Shown here piece after piece: positions 7,570-18,480 of a DNA stretch of 64,000 bases (position 1 is its first letter; every line of letters begins with the position of its first letter). This DNA comes from an uncultured Planctomycetia bacterium (lineage in GTDB: Bacteria; Planctomycetota; UBA8108; UBA1146). Location: the NCBI GenBank assembly GCA_964422295.1, contig CAYRAM010000008.1:26242-90241 (forward strand), read 5' to 3'. A program made the translations under genes and the position numbers. Below the pieces are notes generated by a model. That model did not search any database, was not told the DNA's origin, and worked only from the letters and a program-made list of their open reading frames with translations.

Positions 7570-9324
7570 CTATTCAGGAGTATTTTCAAAGTTTTCGGGG
7601 GGAACGGGAGGCCCCATAAACAACACCGATCGACCGGGAAGAACTAACCGCCCTCCAGAACGCCATTCCACATTGATCCATTCTTCTGTGGCTCCACGCG
7701 AGCGTTTAAACCACTCTTTCGCAGTTTTTTCCCGGCCGAGGCGGGACCAGAGTGAAGAAGTTCTGATCGCCAATGCGATATCCTCATTCAGTCGTAGTTG
7801 CGATGATTCCAAAATACCTTCAGTGATCTTCATCCGTCCCTCAGCAAGGGTGATCTCTGCGTGCAGCCAATCTCCCCACCCATCGAGGGGATTCAAACTA
7901 CGACAACGGTCGATGGAATTTCTGGCCGCATTGAGTTGTCCCGATCTCAACTCGCACAGAGCTCTGTGGAACCAGACATTTGGGTCCATGGGAAACTCCA
8001 CAGCAAGAACATGAAGTTGATCCAAAGCTTTGATCGGTTGGAGCAGATAGAGGTGACCTGCCACTTTGCTCCAGCGATCGAACGAATCGGTGGAGGTCAA
8101 TCCCAGCCCATTCTCTATTTCGACCCTTCCTCCGGAGTCACCTTGCTCCAAAGCCGTGATTCCTAAAATAATCCACGGACCGGGACTTTGCGGTAATCCC
8201 CTCACCGCGTTCCTCGCCGCCTCTCTCGCGCGATCGAGTTTGCCAGCACGAAGACAGACCCATGCAAACTGCCGCTGGACGGCGGCATCTTGACTGGCAC
8301 CCCGTGCCTTCAGCTCATAACGTTGAAACCACCTCAGAGCATTGCCTGCGAAGGGTTTTTCTTCTCCGTGAACCGGAAGCGGCCTGACCAGCATCGCCTT
8401 TTGTAATTCTCCCACCATCTCCGAGACGTCACTCCCCGATTCAAGAAACCTACCCAGGAGAGTCACGACCAATATCAGTATGGCAAAGAGACCTACCCTC
8501 ATCCGCCATAACGGCTGTCCTCCAGAGCTTCCGGCCTTGACCCTGGAGCGGGGACGTTCTCCATCGCGAACGGCTTCTAGCATGCGCGCAAATCCCCTGA
8601 GAGTTGCTGGTCTCCGTGCAGGATCAATGGAAAGAGCGTCTCTCAGCAGCCCTTTGAGTCCGGGAGGATCCAGGGAGACATCGATATTGTCCAGCAACGA
8701 ATTTCCTGAGAGCAATCTGTCAGCAACTTCAGTGGCATCGCGTCCAGACCAGGGTGGTGAACCGAGGACACACTCATGAAGAAGAACTGCCACGGCATAG
8801 ACTATTTGCCCCTCCTGAATCTCCGCCTCATGGTTCGCCAACAGGACTTCTGGTGCGACTCGGGGAGCAACAAGATCTAGATCAAGACTTTCCCTCGGCT
8901 TCAGGCGATGAGCCAACAGCGAAAACCTGCCGTCACTCCCCATCAATACTGCCTCCGGTTCGACGACGGCAACGGAAGCGCCTTGATCATAGAGATTTCC
9001 CAATGTCCTCGACAATTGGGCAAACTGACTCAATAAAGTATGAAATCCACCGACCAGTAACACATCCCACTTCTTGTCAGGCTGGGATCGAGTCAAGGCG
9101 ATACCCTCTTTAAGGGTCATCATCGAATCGTGGATATTTTCATCAAAGACGATATGTCGGTCACGGTGGAGACTCGATTCACTGTCTCCACTGCACAGTT
9201 TCTGCAGATGCAGCAACCAAAAAGATGGACTCCCGGAAGATTCATCGGGGCTTTGCCCACCCATGGAGGAACCGTTGTCAGAGGGGAAAGACTTGTCAGA
9301 CGTGAAATCGTCGATCAATGGCAA
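7570..9324 (-). CDS. Ser/Thr protein-kinase-like pseudokinase with one TM helix and C-terminal TPR repeats.
   Basis: The kinase C-lobe motifs are degenerate: LAHRLKPRE in place of HRDLKPxN, no DFG, VAPRVAPEVLL as the APE motif, and VYAVAVLLHECVLGSPPW as subdomain IX. There is no glycine loop and no VAIK lysine. A hydrophobic segment (LFAILILVVTLLGRFL) is followed by TPR-like repeats. The start codon is uncertain. Confidence 0.6.
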   Translation of the reverse strand: MPLIDDFTSDKSFPSDNGSSMGGQSPDESSGSPSFWLLHLQKLCSGDSESSLHRDRHIVFDENIHDSMMTLKEGIALTRSQPDKKWDVLLVGGFHTLLSQFAQLSRTLGNLYDQGASVAVVEPEAVLMGSDGRFSLLAHRLKPRESLDLDLVAPRVAPEVLLANHEAEIQEGQIVYAVAVLLHECVLGSPPWSGRDATEVADRLLSGNSLLDNIDVSLDPPGLKGLLRDALSIDPARRPATLRGFARMLEAVRDGERPRSRVKAGSSGGQPLWRMRVGLFAILILVVTLLGRFLESGSDVSEMVGELQKAMLVRPLPVHGEEKPFAGNALRWFQRYELKARGASQDAAVQRQFAWVCLRAGKLDRAREAARNAVRGLPQSPGPWIILGITALEQGDSGGRVEIENGLGLTSTDSFDRWSKVAGHLYLLQPIKALDQLHVLAVEFPMDPNVWFHRALCELRSGQLNAARNSIDRCRSLNPLDGWGDWLHAEITLAEGRMKITEGILESSQLRLNEDIALAIRTSSLWSRLGREKTAKEWFKRSRGATEEWINVEWRSGGRLVLPGRSVLFMGPPVPPENFENTPE

Positions 9325-9411
9325 CTACCCCCTCCCGATGGAATGGTGCATCGGGAATGGAGTCAGAACAAGCATCCGTCGATCAGGACCGAATACCCCG
9401 TTCCTGCAGGC

Positions 9412-11469
9412 TCAAGATCCTTCGAGTCCCAAGAGACCAGGATCCACATCAGGAGGAAGCTGGGTCTTGCCTTCTTTCCGATCGTCGGATGAAGATTCCT
9501 CTATCGGCTTGGAGGGAGTGTCAGGATCCAACAGCGCATCCGGTAATGGGATATCCATCAATTGATAGATTTCACGATCGTTGAGGACTTCTTTCTCAAG
9601 CAACTCACGGGTAAGCAGCTCAAGCTTGTCTCTGGATTCGCCAAGAATCCGCAGTGCCCTCTGATATGCATCGTCGAGAATTACCCTAATTTCTTCGTCG
9701 ATCATCATGGCAGTGTGTTCACTGAAATTTTTGGATTCACCCAATTCACGGCCCAAAAAGATATGTTCTTCACCGCGCTTAAACGATACAGGGCCCATCT
9801 TTTCACTCATGCCCCACAAGCAGATCATGCGTTCTGCCAGGTTTGTCGCCTGTTCGAGATCATTGGAAGCACCCGTCGTAAACTCTTGGAAAACGAGATC
9901 CTCCGCTGCGCGCCCTCCCAAAAGAATCGCGATCCGATTGAGAAGATATGTCTTTGAGTAATTATTGGTGTCTTCCATAGGCAACTGCTGAGTCACACCC
10001 AATGCCCTACCCCTGGGGACGATGGTCACCGAGTGGACCGGGTCCGCTTCAGGAAGCAACATCGCCAAGAGCGCATGTCCCGCCTCGTGGTAGGCAGTCA
10101 ATTCCTTCTCTTTTTCACTCATCGCCTCATCGCGAAGGGTACCCAGTTGGATCTTGTCCTTGGCGCGCTCGAAATCGCCGTGGGTAATTCGCTGATGTCC
10201 TCTTCGGGCAGCCATCAAAGCAGCTTCATTGGCCAAATTTTCAAGGTCCGCTCCCGAGAATCCGATGGTTCCCCTGGCGAGGGACTCCATGTCGACATCG
10301 GAAGCGAGAGGCATATTGCGGGTATGCACCCCGAGGATCGCCTTGCGTCCATCCTTTTGCGGTCGCTCCACAACCACCTGACGGTCGAATCGCCCCGGCC
10401 TGACCAGTGCGGCATCCAAGACATCCGGTCGATTGGTGGCGGCAAGAACGATGACTGCCTGATTCGATTCAAAACCGTCCATCTCGGACAAAATCTGATT
10501 CAGGGTTTGCTCCCTCTCGTCGTGCCCTCCACCGAGGCCTGCGCCTCTGGATCGGCCAACGGCATCGATTTCGTCGATGAACACGATACAAGGCGCACTC
10601 TTTTTCGCTTCTTCAAACAGTTCCCGTACTCGGGATGCTCCCACTCCGACAAACAGTTCGATGAACTCAGATCCAGAAATGGAAAAGAAGGGAACGCCTG
10701 CTTCACCAGCGACAGCTCTTGCGAGCAGAGTCTTTCCCGTTCCGGGAGGACCAACCAACAGAACGCCCTTGGGAATTTTCGCGCCCAGTTGCGTGAATCG
10801 CTCTGGCTCCTTGAGGAAGTCGACCAACTCCTGGAGTTCTTTTTTGACATTTTTAAGACCCGCAACATCATCAAAGGTTTCCGAGCCTTCACCCTTCTCG
10901 AAACGCTTGGCCTGATTCCCGGCAAACTTGCCAAAGATTCCCGGTCCACCCATCTGTCGACGGACACGGTTACTCATCCACCAAAAGAAAAGGACCAGTA
11001 TCAAGATCGGCAAAAATCCGGTGACAACCACTTGCCATGCAGGTGTAGTGTTGGTCAGGAAGATGACGGGAACTCCCTGATCGGTGCACATCTCGAAAAG
11101 ATTTTTCTGAATCTCGCCCGGGATATTGGCGAAGATTTTTTCTGCCTCAACACTGTTTTCTGCACCGAGTGAACCTTGCGTAACATTGATATTGCTTCTC
11201 AGTACAGCAACGAAGACTTCCTGCTCGGCTTCCTCCAGCTTATCGACATTCCCACGCTCGACTTCACTGAAGAGACGTGTGGATTCCACCTCAATTGCGC
11301 CCATGCGAATCTTGTTGGAAAACAGGTTTGTCAGGGTGAACACACCGAGCAACAGCACCAACATCCAAAACCAGGGGCGCTGACTCCAAGAAGGAGCTTG
11401 CTGCTCCTCCTCTTCAATTTCATTGGGGTCGTTGGGATCAGATTCTCTCAAGACAATCTCCTCTATCAC
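9412..11469 (-). CDS. ftsH: ATP-dependent zinc metalloprotease FtsH.
   Basis: The protein has an N-terminal TM and periplasmic region, a Walker A motif ([23 protein letters not shown]), the SRH region, and the zinc motif HEAGHAL. Confidence 0.95.
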   Translation of the reverse strand: MIEEIVLRESDPNDPNEIEEEEQQAPSWSQRPWFWMLVLLLGVFTLTNLFSNKIRMGAIEVESTRLFSEVERGNVDKLEEAEQEVFVAVLRSNINVTQGSLGAENSVEAEKIFANIPGEIQKNLFEMCTDQGVPVIFLTNTTPAWQVVVTGFLPILILVLFFWWMSNRVRRQMGGPGIFGKFAGNQAKRFEKGEGSETFDDVAGLKNVKKELQELVDFLKEPERFTQLGAKIPKGVLLVGPPGTGKTLLARAVAGEAGVPFFSISGSEFIELFVGVGASRVRELFEEAKKSAPCIVFIDEIDAVGRSRGAGLGGGHDEREQTLNQILSEMDGFESNQAVIVLAATNRPDVLDAALVRPGRFDRQVVVERPQKDGRKAILGVHTRNMPLASDVDMESLARGTIGFSGADLENLANEAALMAARRGHQRITHGDFERAKDKIQLGTLRDEAMSEKEKELTAYHEAGHALLAMLLPEADPVHSVTIVPRGRALGVTQQLPMEDTNNYSKTYLLNRIAILLGGRAAEDLVFQEFTTGASNDLEQATNLAERMICLWGMSEKMGPVSFKRGEEHIFLGRELGESKNFSEHTAMMIDEEIRVILDDAYQRALRILGESRDKLELLTRELLEKEVLNDREIYQLMDIPLPDALLDPDTPSKPIEESSSDDRKEGKTQLPPDVDPGLLGLEGS

Positions 11470-11585
11470 TACTTTTTCGCGCGGCGTCCAACCCGAGGGC
11501 TACCATTGAAACAAGACTCCACCGGCCCCATCTTCAACGAGGGGTCCGAGGATTGAGTTCCGCTTCAGCAAGACCTGATCGGGAC

Positions 11586-13748
11586 TTAATATAATGCCAG
11601 ATTTCGGGCTGCTTGTGCCACTTTCTCCGGTTGGGGCAGGATGACTTCTTCCAATTCCGGTGCATAGGCCACGAAACAGTCCATGGCTCCAACACGGCGC
11701 ACAGGGGCATCCAGGTAGTCAAATAGCTCGTCCTGGATTCTGGCGGCCAATTCTGCCCCATAACCCCATGATAGCGACTCCTCGTGAACGATAAGGACCT
11801 TGTGGTTCTTTTTTACCGACTCCTCGATGGAATCCCAATCGTAGGGAGCCAACGTCCTGAGATCGAGGATCTCCGCCTCGATCCCCTCCTCTGCAAGGGA
11901 TTTGGCTGCCGTCATACAACGGTGGACCAGCGCACCGTAGGTGATGATCGTCAACTGGTCTCCCTCGCGTACCCGGCAAGCTTTGCCGAAGGGAATCATG
12001 AAGTCGGGTCCGGGATATGCCCCCTTGTTGTGAGTTTGGCGATAGAGATGTTTGTGCTCCAGGAAAATAACAGGATCCTGACAGCGAATGGCAGTGCGGA
12101 GGAGCCCATTGGCATCGGTCGCATTGCTCGGCATGACGACGCGCAAACCAGGAATGTGAGTGAAGAGGGTCTCGGCAGATTGGCTGTGATACACAGCGCC
12201 GCCACGCAGGTAGCCTCCACTGGCAACACGGATCACCACCGGACAACTGTCCGCACCCGCCGACCGCCAACGCATCAGGGCCAATTCGGATCGAATCTGA
12301 TGGTATGCAGGCCAGATGTAATCAAGAAACTGGATCTCTACCACCGGCTTGAGGCCACGAACCGCCATGCCGATGGCTCTGCCAACGATATTGGCCTCGG
12401 CGAGGGGAGAGTTGTACACCCGGTCCCCACCGAACTCTCGCTGTAACCCGAAGGTCGCTTTGAAAACTCCACCCTTGCCCTTGACCTCATCGAGAACTTC
12501 ACTGCGACTGGCATCGGCAACATCTTCACCGAAAACATGAATTCTGGAATCCCGACGCATCTCATCGCGAAGCGAGGCGTTTATCAGGTCGACCATCGTT
12601 GTCGGATCCGATCCTCCATCGACCATAGCCGGAGATTCGAAGCGGTCGGATGTGGGATCCACCGTCGGCGAATACAGATGATCCAGTACTGTCGAAGGAT
12701 CGGGCTGAGGAGTCGCAACTGCGATATCGGAAGCCTCTCGAACCTCGGATCGGATTCGTTCTCGTATCGCTTCCAATGTTTCTTCATCGGCAATGCCGTT
12801 TTCGATCAAGAAGCGTGGGAATGAACTCAGCGGGTCCCTGGGTTCCTCCGCCTCGCGCTCGCTCGATGGCCGATAGAGCCGTTCATCATCGGAGAGACTG
12901 TGGCTATATGGACGAATCACCTTCGCATGGACCAATGCCGGCCCGCTTCCTCCACGCATGTCAGCGACTATTTTTGAGAGCATCGCGTGACAAGCGATCG
13001 GATCACAGCCATCCACTTCTCGCACATCGAGCCCCGGGAAGCCGAGAACAAGACTGGAGATGGAACCACCCGGAGTATTTACCTCCACCGGAACACTGAT
13101 GGCATAGCCGTTATCTTCGACGACGAACAGAACCGGTAATTCCAGATTGCAAGCGGTGCTCAGTGATTCCCAAAACTCACCTTCACTGGTAGTGCCATCC
13201 CCCACTGATACGTGAACGATTTCACCATCGGACCAATCTGCGATCTTCTCGCGAAGGGACGCATCTTCCTTGCCCTTCTTCCAGGCTTCTGCCGTTCCGA
13301 CTGCATGAAGACACTGACTGCCGGTGCAAGAGGACTGATTGACAACGTGAAGATGCTTCGCTCCCCAATGGGATGGCATCTGTCGACCTGCCCCGGCAGG
13401 CTCGTCGTGAGCAGCGGTCCCCATTTTGAACATCTCGACGGGAGTCAAACCCAACTGGAGCATCAATGCCCGATCCCTGTAGTAGGGGAAAAACCAGTCC
13501 CTTTTCGGGTCCAGAACCCTGCCCAGAACAGTATTGATGGCTTCATGACCACAACCGTTGATCTGGAAGAAAATCTTGCCCTTGCCTTTAAGACGAATCT
13601 CCTCGTCATCGATTTCTCTGCTGAGGAACATGTTTCTGTAGATATCGAGAAGGTCTTTCTTCTCCAGTCCATGCAGATCCACTTTAGGCTCCTCTACCTT
13701 CCGGGGGCGACCGGGAGATTTCTTCTTCTTGTTCTTTTGAGTCGGCAT
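11586..13748 (-). CDS. 2-oxoacid (pyruvate/branched-chain) dehydrogenase E1 component with alpha and beta subunits fused.
   Basis: The N-terminal half is an E1 alpha TPP-binding domain ([17 protein letters not shown]...). The C-terminal half is a transketolase-like E1 beta domain ([36 protein letters not shown]...). The likely start is the ATG at 13748 ([10 protein letters not shown]) rather than the ORF-track start at 13895. Confidence 0.85.
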   Translation of the reverse strand: MPTQKNKKKKSPGRPRKVEEPKVDLHGLEKKDLLDIYRNMFLSREIDDEEIRLKGKGKIFFQINGCGHEAINTVLGRVLDPKRDWFFPYYRDRALMLQLGLTPVEMFKMGTAAHDEPAGAGRQMPSHWGAKHLHVVNQSSCTGSQCLHAVGTAEAWKKGKEDASLREKIADWSDGEIVHVSVGDGTTSEGEFWESLSTACNLELPVLFVVEDNGYAISVPVEVNTPGGSISSLVLGFPGLDVREVDGCDPIACHAMLSKIVADMRGGSGPALVHAKVIRPYSHSLSDDERLYRPSSEREAEEPRDPLSSFPRFLIENGIADEETLEAIRERIRSEVREASDIAVATPQPDPSTVLDHLYSPTVDPTSDRFESPAMVDGGSDPTTMVDLINASLRDEMRRDSRIHVFGEDVADASRSEVLDEVKGKGGVFKATFGLQREFGGDRVYNSPLAEANIVGRAIGMAVRGLKPVVEIQFLDYIWPAYHQIRSELALMRWRSAGADSCPVVIRVASGGYLRGGAVYHSQSAETLFTHIPGLRVVMPSNATDANGLLRTAIRCQDPVIFLEHKHLYRQTHNKGAYPGPDFMIPFGKACRVREGDQLTIITYGALVHRCMTAAKSLAEEGIEAEILDLRTLAPYDWDSIEESVKKNHKVLIVHEESLSWGYGAELAARIQDELFDYLDAPVRRVGAMDCFVAYAPELEEVILPQPEKVAQAARNLALY

Positions 13749-14015
13749 GAAGGTCCTGACCACTTCCCGGAGAACCGGAAAGGCTGGGCGCAATGCCCCA
13801 CAGGGGGCATACACGGTCTCACGGCATTCTAGGGTCCTCGGGCCGGTCATACAACGAGACCCGCTCTCTCTCTTCGCTGGATGCGGAGGTGCCATTGCGG
13901 GTATCGTTCAGGAACTCGTGCCCGGAAGTTGTCGATCCAGATCACACCCTCCTTTGTGCACCCCGGATGAGCTGAATCGAGTTGCCCGACAGACGAGGCA
14001 GGAAGGAACACTTCA

Positions 14016-15431
14016 ATGGTCGAAAAAATCGGCAGTTTCGACGTCGCCGTCATCGGCGGAGGCCCTGGTGGTTACGTTGCCGCAATTCGCGCAGGACAAC
14101 TGGGCCTTTCCACCGTCTTGATCGAAAAGGATCCACAGCCGGGTGGCACCTGCCTGCACCGAGGCTGCATTCCGACCAAAGCCCTTTTGCAGAGTGCTCA
14201 CGTTCTGGATGTTGCAAAAGAGTCATCCTATTTCGGAGTCCAACTGGATAACCCCACTGTCGACATGGAGGGCGTCCTCTCATTCCAAAAGAAGATCGTC
14301 CAAAAGAATGCCAAGGGTGTCGAATTCTTGCTCAAGAAAAACGGTGTAACGACGATCCACGGAACTGGTCGTCTCGACGGGTTGAACTCCATTAGGGTCG
14401 TGATCGACGACAACACCGAACAGTTGGTTGAAGCCAAAAACATCATTCTGGCGACGGGATCTGTCGCTGCCCGGCCGGGATTCCTCGATTGGAGCACCGA
14501 CAAGATCATCACCAGCGACGAAGCCCTTAGGCTCGATTCGGTCCCTGGCAAGGTCGTCGTTCTCGGAGCGGGTGCCGTCGGCTGCGAGTTTGCTTCCATC
14601 CTCAACTCATTCGGAAGTGAAGTAACACTCGTCGAAATGATGGATCGTCTTCTTCCCATTGAAGATCACGAATGCTCCGCAGAATTGCAGCGTTCTTTCA
14701 AAAAACACCGCATCCGCAGCATGGTCTCCACAAAATTGGAGAAAGCGACTCCCACAGATTCGGGTGTCGATCTGGTACTCACCGATGGCTCTGGCAAATC
14801 TGAAGAGATCCATGCCGATATTCTACTCTGCGCCATCGGTCGCAGACCTGTCACCGACGGATTGAAGCTGGACCAGGTCGGCATCAAAACCGAAAAAGGA
14901 TTCGTCCCGGTGAACCCGGATCAAAGTACGACCCGTTCCAACATTTTCGCCATCGGTGACATCGTTCATGGGAGCCCGCAATTGGCTCACGTCGCCAGCG
15001 CAGAAGGCATCATTGCTGTCGAGACCATCGCCGGAATGCACACCCAGCCCATCGTCAATGAGCGCGTTCCCAATGCGACCTACTGCCACCCCGAAGTGGC
15101 CAGCGTCGGCCTGACTGAAAACGCCGCGCGCGATGCAGGCCATCCACTCAAGGTTTCAAAATTTCCCCTCTCGGCCTTGGGAAAATCGGGCATCGTTGGC
15201 AAGGCGATCCCCGGCTTCTTCAAGATCATCGCCGATGAACAGTACGGTGAAATTCTGGGCATTCACATCGTTGGCCCCCATGCCACCGATTTGATCAGTG
15301 AAGGTTGTGCCATCTTGGGGCTGGAAGGCACCGCTGCTGATTTGGCCCACATCATCCACCCCCACCCCACATTGGGTGAAGGCATGATGGAAGCCGCCCA
15401 CGGTCTCGTCGGTGGTGCCATCCACATGTAG
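14016..15431 (+). CDS. lpdA: Dihydrolipoyl dehydrogenase (E3).
   Basis: The protein has the FAD motif DVAVIGGGPGGYVAA and the redox-active disulfide GGTCLHRGCIPTKAL. The SD sequence GGAAGGAA lies 7 nt upstream of the ATG. Confidence 0.95.
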   Translation: MVEKIGSFDVAVIGGGPGGYVAAIRAGQLGLSTVLIEKDPQPGGTCLHRGCIPTKALLQSAHVLDVAKESSYFGVQLDNPTVDMEGVLSFQKKIVQKNAKGVEFLLKKNGVTTIHGTGRLDGLNSIRVVIDDNTEQLVEAKNIILATGSVAARPGFLDWSTDKIITSDEALRLDSVPGKVVVLGAGAVGCEFASILNSFGSEVTLVEMMDRLLPIEDHECSAELQRSFKKHRIRSMVSTKLEKATPTDSGVDLVLTDGSGKSEEIHADILLCAIGRRPVTDGLKLDQVGIKTEKGFVPVNPDQSTTRSNIFAIGDIVHGSPQLAHVASAEGIIAVETIAGMHTQPIVNERVPNATYCHPEVASVGLTENAARDAGHPLKVSKFPLSALGKSGIVGKAIPGFFKIIADEQYGEILGIHIVGPHATDLISEGCAILGLEGTAADLAHIIHPHPTLGEGMMEAAHGLVGGAIHM

Positions 15432-15445
15432 AGAGGGTTTCTTGG

Positions 15446-16422
15446 CAGAAACGATCACTTACCTCGAGTCGTTACAGAGAGCTTTGACCCAGGTGCTCGA
15501 TGAAGATCCGGCAACCTTCATCATCGGTGAAGACATCGGTGCCTATGGCGGTGCATTCAAATTGACCGATGGTTTTCTTCAAAAGTACGGCGAGAATCGC
15601 ATCATCGATACTCCGATCGTCGAAACCGGTCTCGTTGGAGCCGCCATCGGTGCGGGGATGGCTGGACTCAAGCCGATCGTAGAGATGCAATTTATCGATT
15701 TCATTTCGTGCACCTTCAATCAACTGACCAATTTTGCCGCAACATGCCATTTTCGGTGGGGTCAAAATGTTCCCATCGTCGTCAGGGGTCCTTCCGGCGG
15801 TGGAGTCCACGCTGGACCCTTCCACAGTCAAATGGTCGAATCTTTCTTCCTCAATACTCCCGGGTTGAAGATCGTGGTCCCCGCCACTGTGTCCGATGTC
15901 CACGGGATGCTGCTGGGAGCGGTCGCAGATCCAAATCCGGTCCTCTTCCTCGAGCAAAAAGGGCTCTACCGCACACTCAAGGAGGAGATCGATGGAACTC
16001 CCGCAGCGGTCCCCCCAGGAAAAGCCCGGCTGCATCGCAGAGGAGACAAAGTCAGCGTGATCACATGGGGCGCAATGCTGCACCGTTGCACCGCAGCGGC
16101 AATGAAAGCGGAGAGTGAGCTTGGGATCTCCTGTGAAATTCTCGACCTGCGATCTCTTTGCCCTCTCGACTTCGATGCCATCTATGAGACTGTGCGCAAG
16201 ACTGGAAAAGTATTGGTGATCCATGAGGACAACCTGACCGGAGGTGCCGGATCAGAGATCGCCGCCCGGATCGTCGAACACTGCTTCGAGGATCTCGACG
16301 CCCCGGTTCGTCGAATCGCCGCACTGGATGTTCCCATCCCCTATGCCGCCACTCTGGAAGACGCTTCCCTGCCCGATGAAAAGCGCATCCTCGAGGAGAT
16401 TCGCCAACTCTCCGCCTGGTAG
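15446..16422 (+). CDS. 2-oxoacid dehydrogenase E1 component beta subunit. It is stand-alone, with no adjacent alpha subunit.
   Basis: The sequence is a transketolase-like pyrimidine-binding domain (IIDTPIVETGLVGAAIGAGMAGLKPIVEMQF) plus the transketolase C-terminal domain. The likely start is the TTG at 15446, which follows the GAGAGGG SD sequence. The ORF-track start at 15412 is a GTG that overlaps lpdA. Confidence 0.85.
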
Positions 16423-16638
16423 TCCCTTGCGGCCCAAAGCCAGCGCAAACGCTTTGCCTCAGCATTCTCAACAGGTGAATTCGCCAAATTTCAGCCTCCC
16501 GCAGGGCCAACTCCAGTGGTTGCCTGAAGGGGTCCCGGGTATGATCACCCACCTGTGATGGGCAAGTGTGCCATCACGTCATTGCGGGGTCTGCGGGGGT
16601 TGTTTCCCGCCCCCCTGACTCAGGAAGAAGTGATCATC

Positions 16639-18471
16639 ATGGCAACCGAAGTGCTGATGCCCCAAATGGGAGAGTCAATCGCCGAAGGAACCCTGACACG
16701 CTGGTTCAAGCAACCCGGAGATGTCATCAAGCGCGATGAACCCCTTTTTGAAATCTCCACCGACAAAGTCGATGCCGAGGTCCCTGCCCCTGCGGATGGG
16801 GTTCTTGAAAAAATCATCGTCGAAGAAGGTGCCACAGTGGAGGTCAACACCGTGGTCGCTCTTCTCGGCACCGGAGATGGCGCAGCGGCTGAATCCGCCG
16901 CAGAAGCGACTCCTGCCCCGGCAGCAGCACCCGAGCCGGTCGCAGAAGCGACTCCGGCAGTCGTGGAAGTTGCGCCTGCCGACACTCCCGCAGCTGCTCC
17001 TGCTCCCTCGGCCGAAGCCCCTGCTTCTGAATCCCCTGCTGCCTCCGGAGCACGGATCGATGTCCCGATGCCCCAGATGGGAGAGTCGATCGCTGAAGGC
17101 ACCCTGACCCGTTGGTTCAAGCAGGCTGGGGATACGGTTGAGAGGGACGAACCCCTCTTCGAAATCTCTACCGACAAAGTCGATGCAGAAGTCCCTGCCC
17201 CCGCCAGCGGTGTCCTCGCCGAGATCCTCGTCGAGGAGGGCTCTACCGTCGAGGTCAACACCATCGTCGCCAGGATCGGAGGGGACGGTGCCAACACCTC
17301 CCCTGCTTCCACTCCCGCTGCGCTCCCCGAAACGACTCCGACACCTGCGGCGAATGAAACCTCCATACCCACTGCCGTAACCACGGCTGCACCTGCTCCT
17401 GCGCCTGCTCCTGCGCCTGCGCCTGTACCTGTTCCGGCACCTGCTCCCTCACCTGCTGCAGTGGCCGTACCTGCGGCTGCAGCGATCGCCAACGGTTCCC
17501 ACAAGGTTCGCTCCTCACCTCTGGTGCGGCGCATCGCCCGCGACAACGGCATCGCCGATCTATCCGTCATCCCCGGCACCGGAGCAGGCGGACGCATCAC
17601 CAAAGAGGACATCCTTCAGTTCATCTCCGGTGGCAGCGTCGCCCCGGCAACACCCGCTGCTGCTCCCGCTACGCCTTCGGCAGTTCCGGCTACGCCTGCT
17701 GCAGTTCCGGCAGCGACACCGGCGCCCGCTGCTGCTCCCCCAGCGGCTCTGGCAGCGCAGGGACTCCCCAGGGGAGGCAGCCAGGTCGAAAAGATGTCGG
17801 TGATGCGACGCAAAATCGCCGAGCACATGGTCGATTCCCGCAGAACTTCCGCCCACGTCCACTCTGTTTTCGAAGCAGACATGACCGCCATCGCACAAAT
17901 GCGCCAGAAGTGGAAGAGCGAGTTTCAATCCCGCAATGGCACCAAGTTGACCTACATGCCGTTCTTCCTCAGAGCATGTTGTGATGCCCTGCGCCAGTTC
18001 CCCCACGTCAATGCTTCCCTCGATGGGGATGACATTCTGCTCCACAACGATGTCAACATCGGAATAGCGGTCGCCCTTGAAAATGGTCTCATCGTTCCTG
18101 TCGTCAAAAATGTGCAGGACATGAGCCTTGCAGGGATTCAAAAGTCGGTGACCGACCTGGCGGAAAGGGCCCGCAACAAACAACTACTTCCCGACGAAGT
18201 TGCCGGAGGGACATTCACTATCACGAATCCGGGGCAATTTGGTGGGCTCTTCGGGATTCCCATCATCAATCAGCCTCAGGTCGCCATCCTGGGAGTGGGT
18301 GGAATCATCAAGCGCCCGGTCGTCGTCGATGGAGATAAGATCGCCATCCGCGACATGCTCTACATGTGCCTCTCATACGACCATCGTCTCGTCGATGGTG
18401 CGCTGGCGGATCAATTCATGTCACACGTCAAAAGTACCCTTGAGAACTTTGACGAAGCGGCGATTGGTTAG
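16639..18471 (+). CDS. Dihydrolipoamide acyltransferase (E2) with two lipoyl domains, an E3-binding domain and a catalytic domain.
   Basis: The lipoyl domain is duplicated (MPQMGESIAEGTLTRWFKQ appears twice). Ala/Pro-rich linkers separate the domains. The peripheral subunit-binding domain is SPLVRRIARDNGIADLSVIPGTGAGGRITKEDI, and the catalytic motif is DHRLVDGA. The start is the ATG at 16639 (MATEVLMPQMG). Confidence 0.9.
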   Translation: MATEVLMPQMGESIAEGTLTRWFKQPGDVIKRDEPLFEISTDKVDAEVPAPADGVLEKIIVEEGATVEVNTVVALLGTGDGAAAESAAEATPAPAAAPEPVAEATPAVVEVAPADTPAAAPAPSAEAPASESPAASGARIDVPMPQMGESIAEGTLTRWFKQAGDTVERDEPLFEISTDKVDAEVPAPASGVLAEILVEEGSTVEVNTIVARIGGDGANTSPASTPAALPETTPTPAANETSIPTAVTTAAPAPAPAPAPAPVPVPAPAPSPAAVAVPAAAAIANGSHKVRSSPLVRRIARDNGIADLSVIPGTGAGGRITKEDILQFISGGSVAPATPAAAPATPSAVPATPAAVPAATPAPAAAPPAALAAQGLPRGGSQVEKMSVMRRKIAEHMVDSRRTSAHVHSVFEADMTAIAQMRQKWKSEFQSRNGTKLTYMPFFLRACCDALRQFPHVNASLDGDDILLHNDVNIGIAVALENGLIVPVVKNVQDMSLAGIQKSVTDLAERARNKQLLPDEVAGGTFTITNPGQFGGLFGIPIINQPQVAILGVGGIIKRPVVVDGDKIAIRDMLYMCLSYDHRLVDGALADQFMSHVKSTLENFDEAAIG

Positions 18472-18480
18472 TGAAACTCC

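Noticed and set aside
13747-14121. A plus-strand ORF of 124 aa spanning the divergent promoter region between the fused E1 gene and lpdA.
   Set aside because: It overlaps the lpdA 5' end out of frame and has an Arg/Gly-rich composition. lpdA has a clear SD sequence and ATG at 14016.
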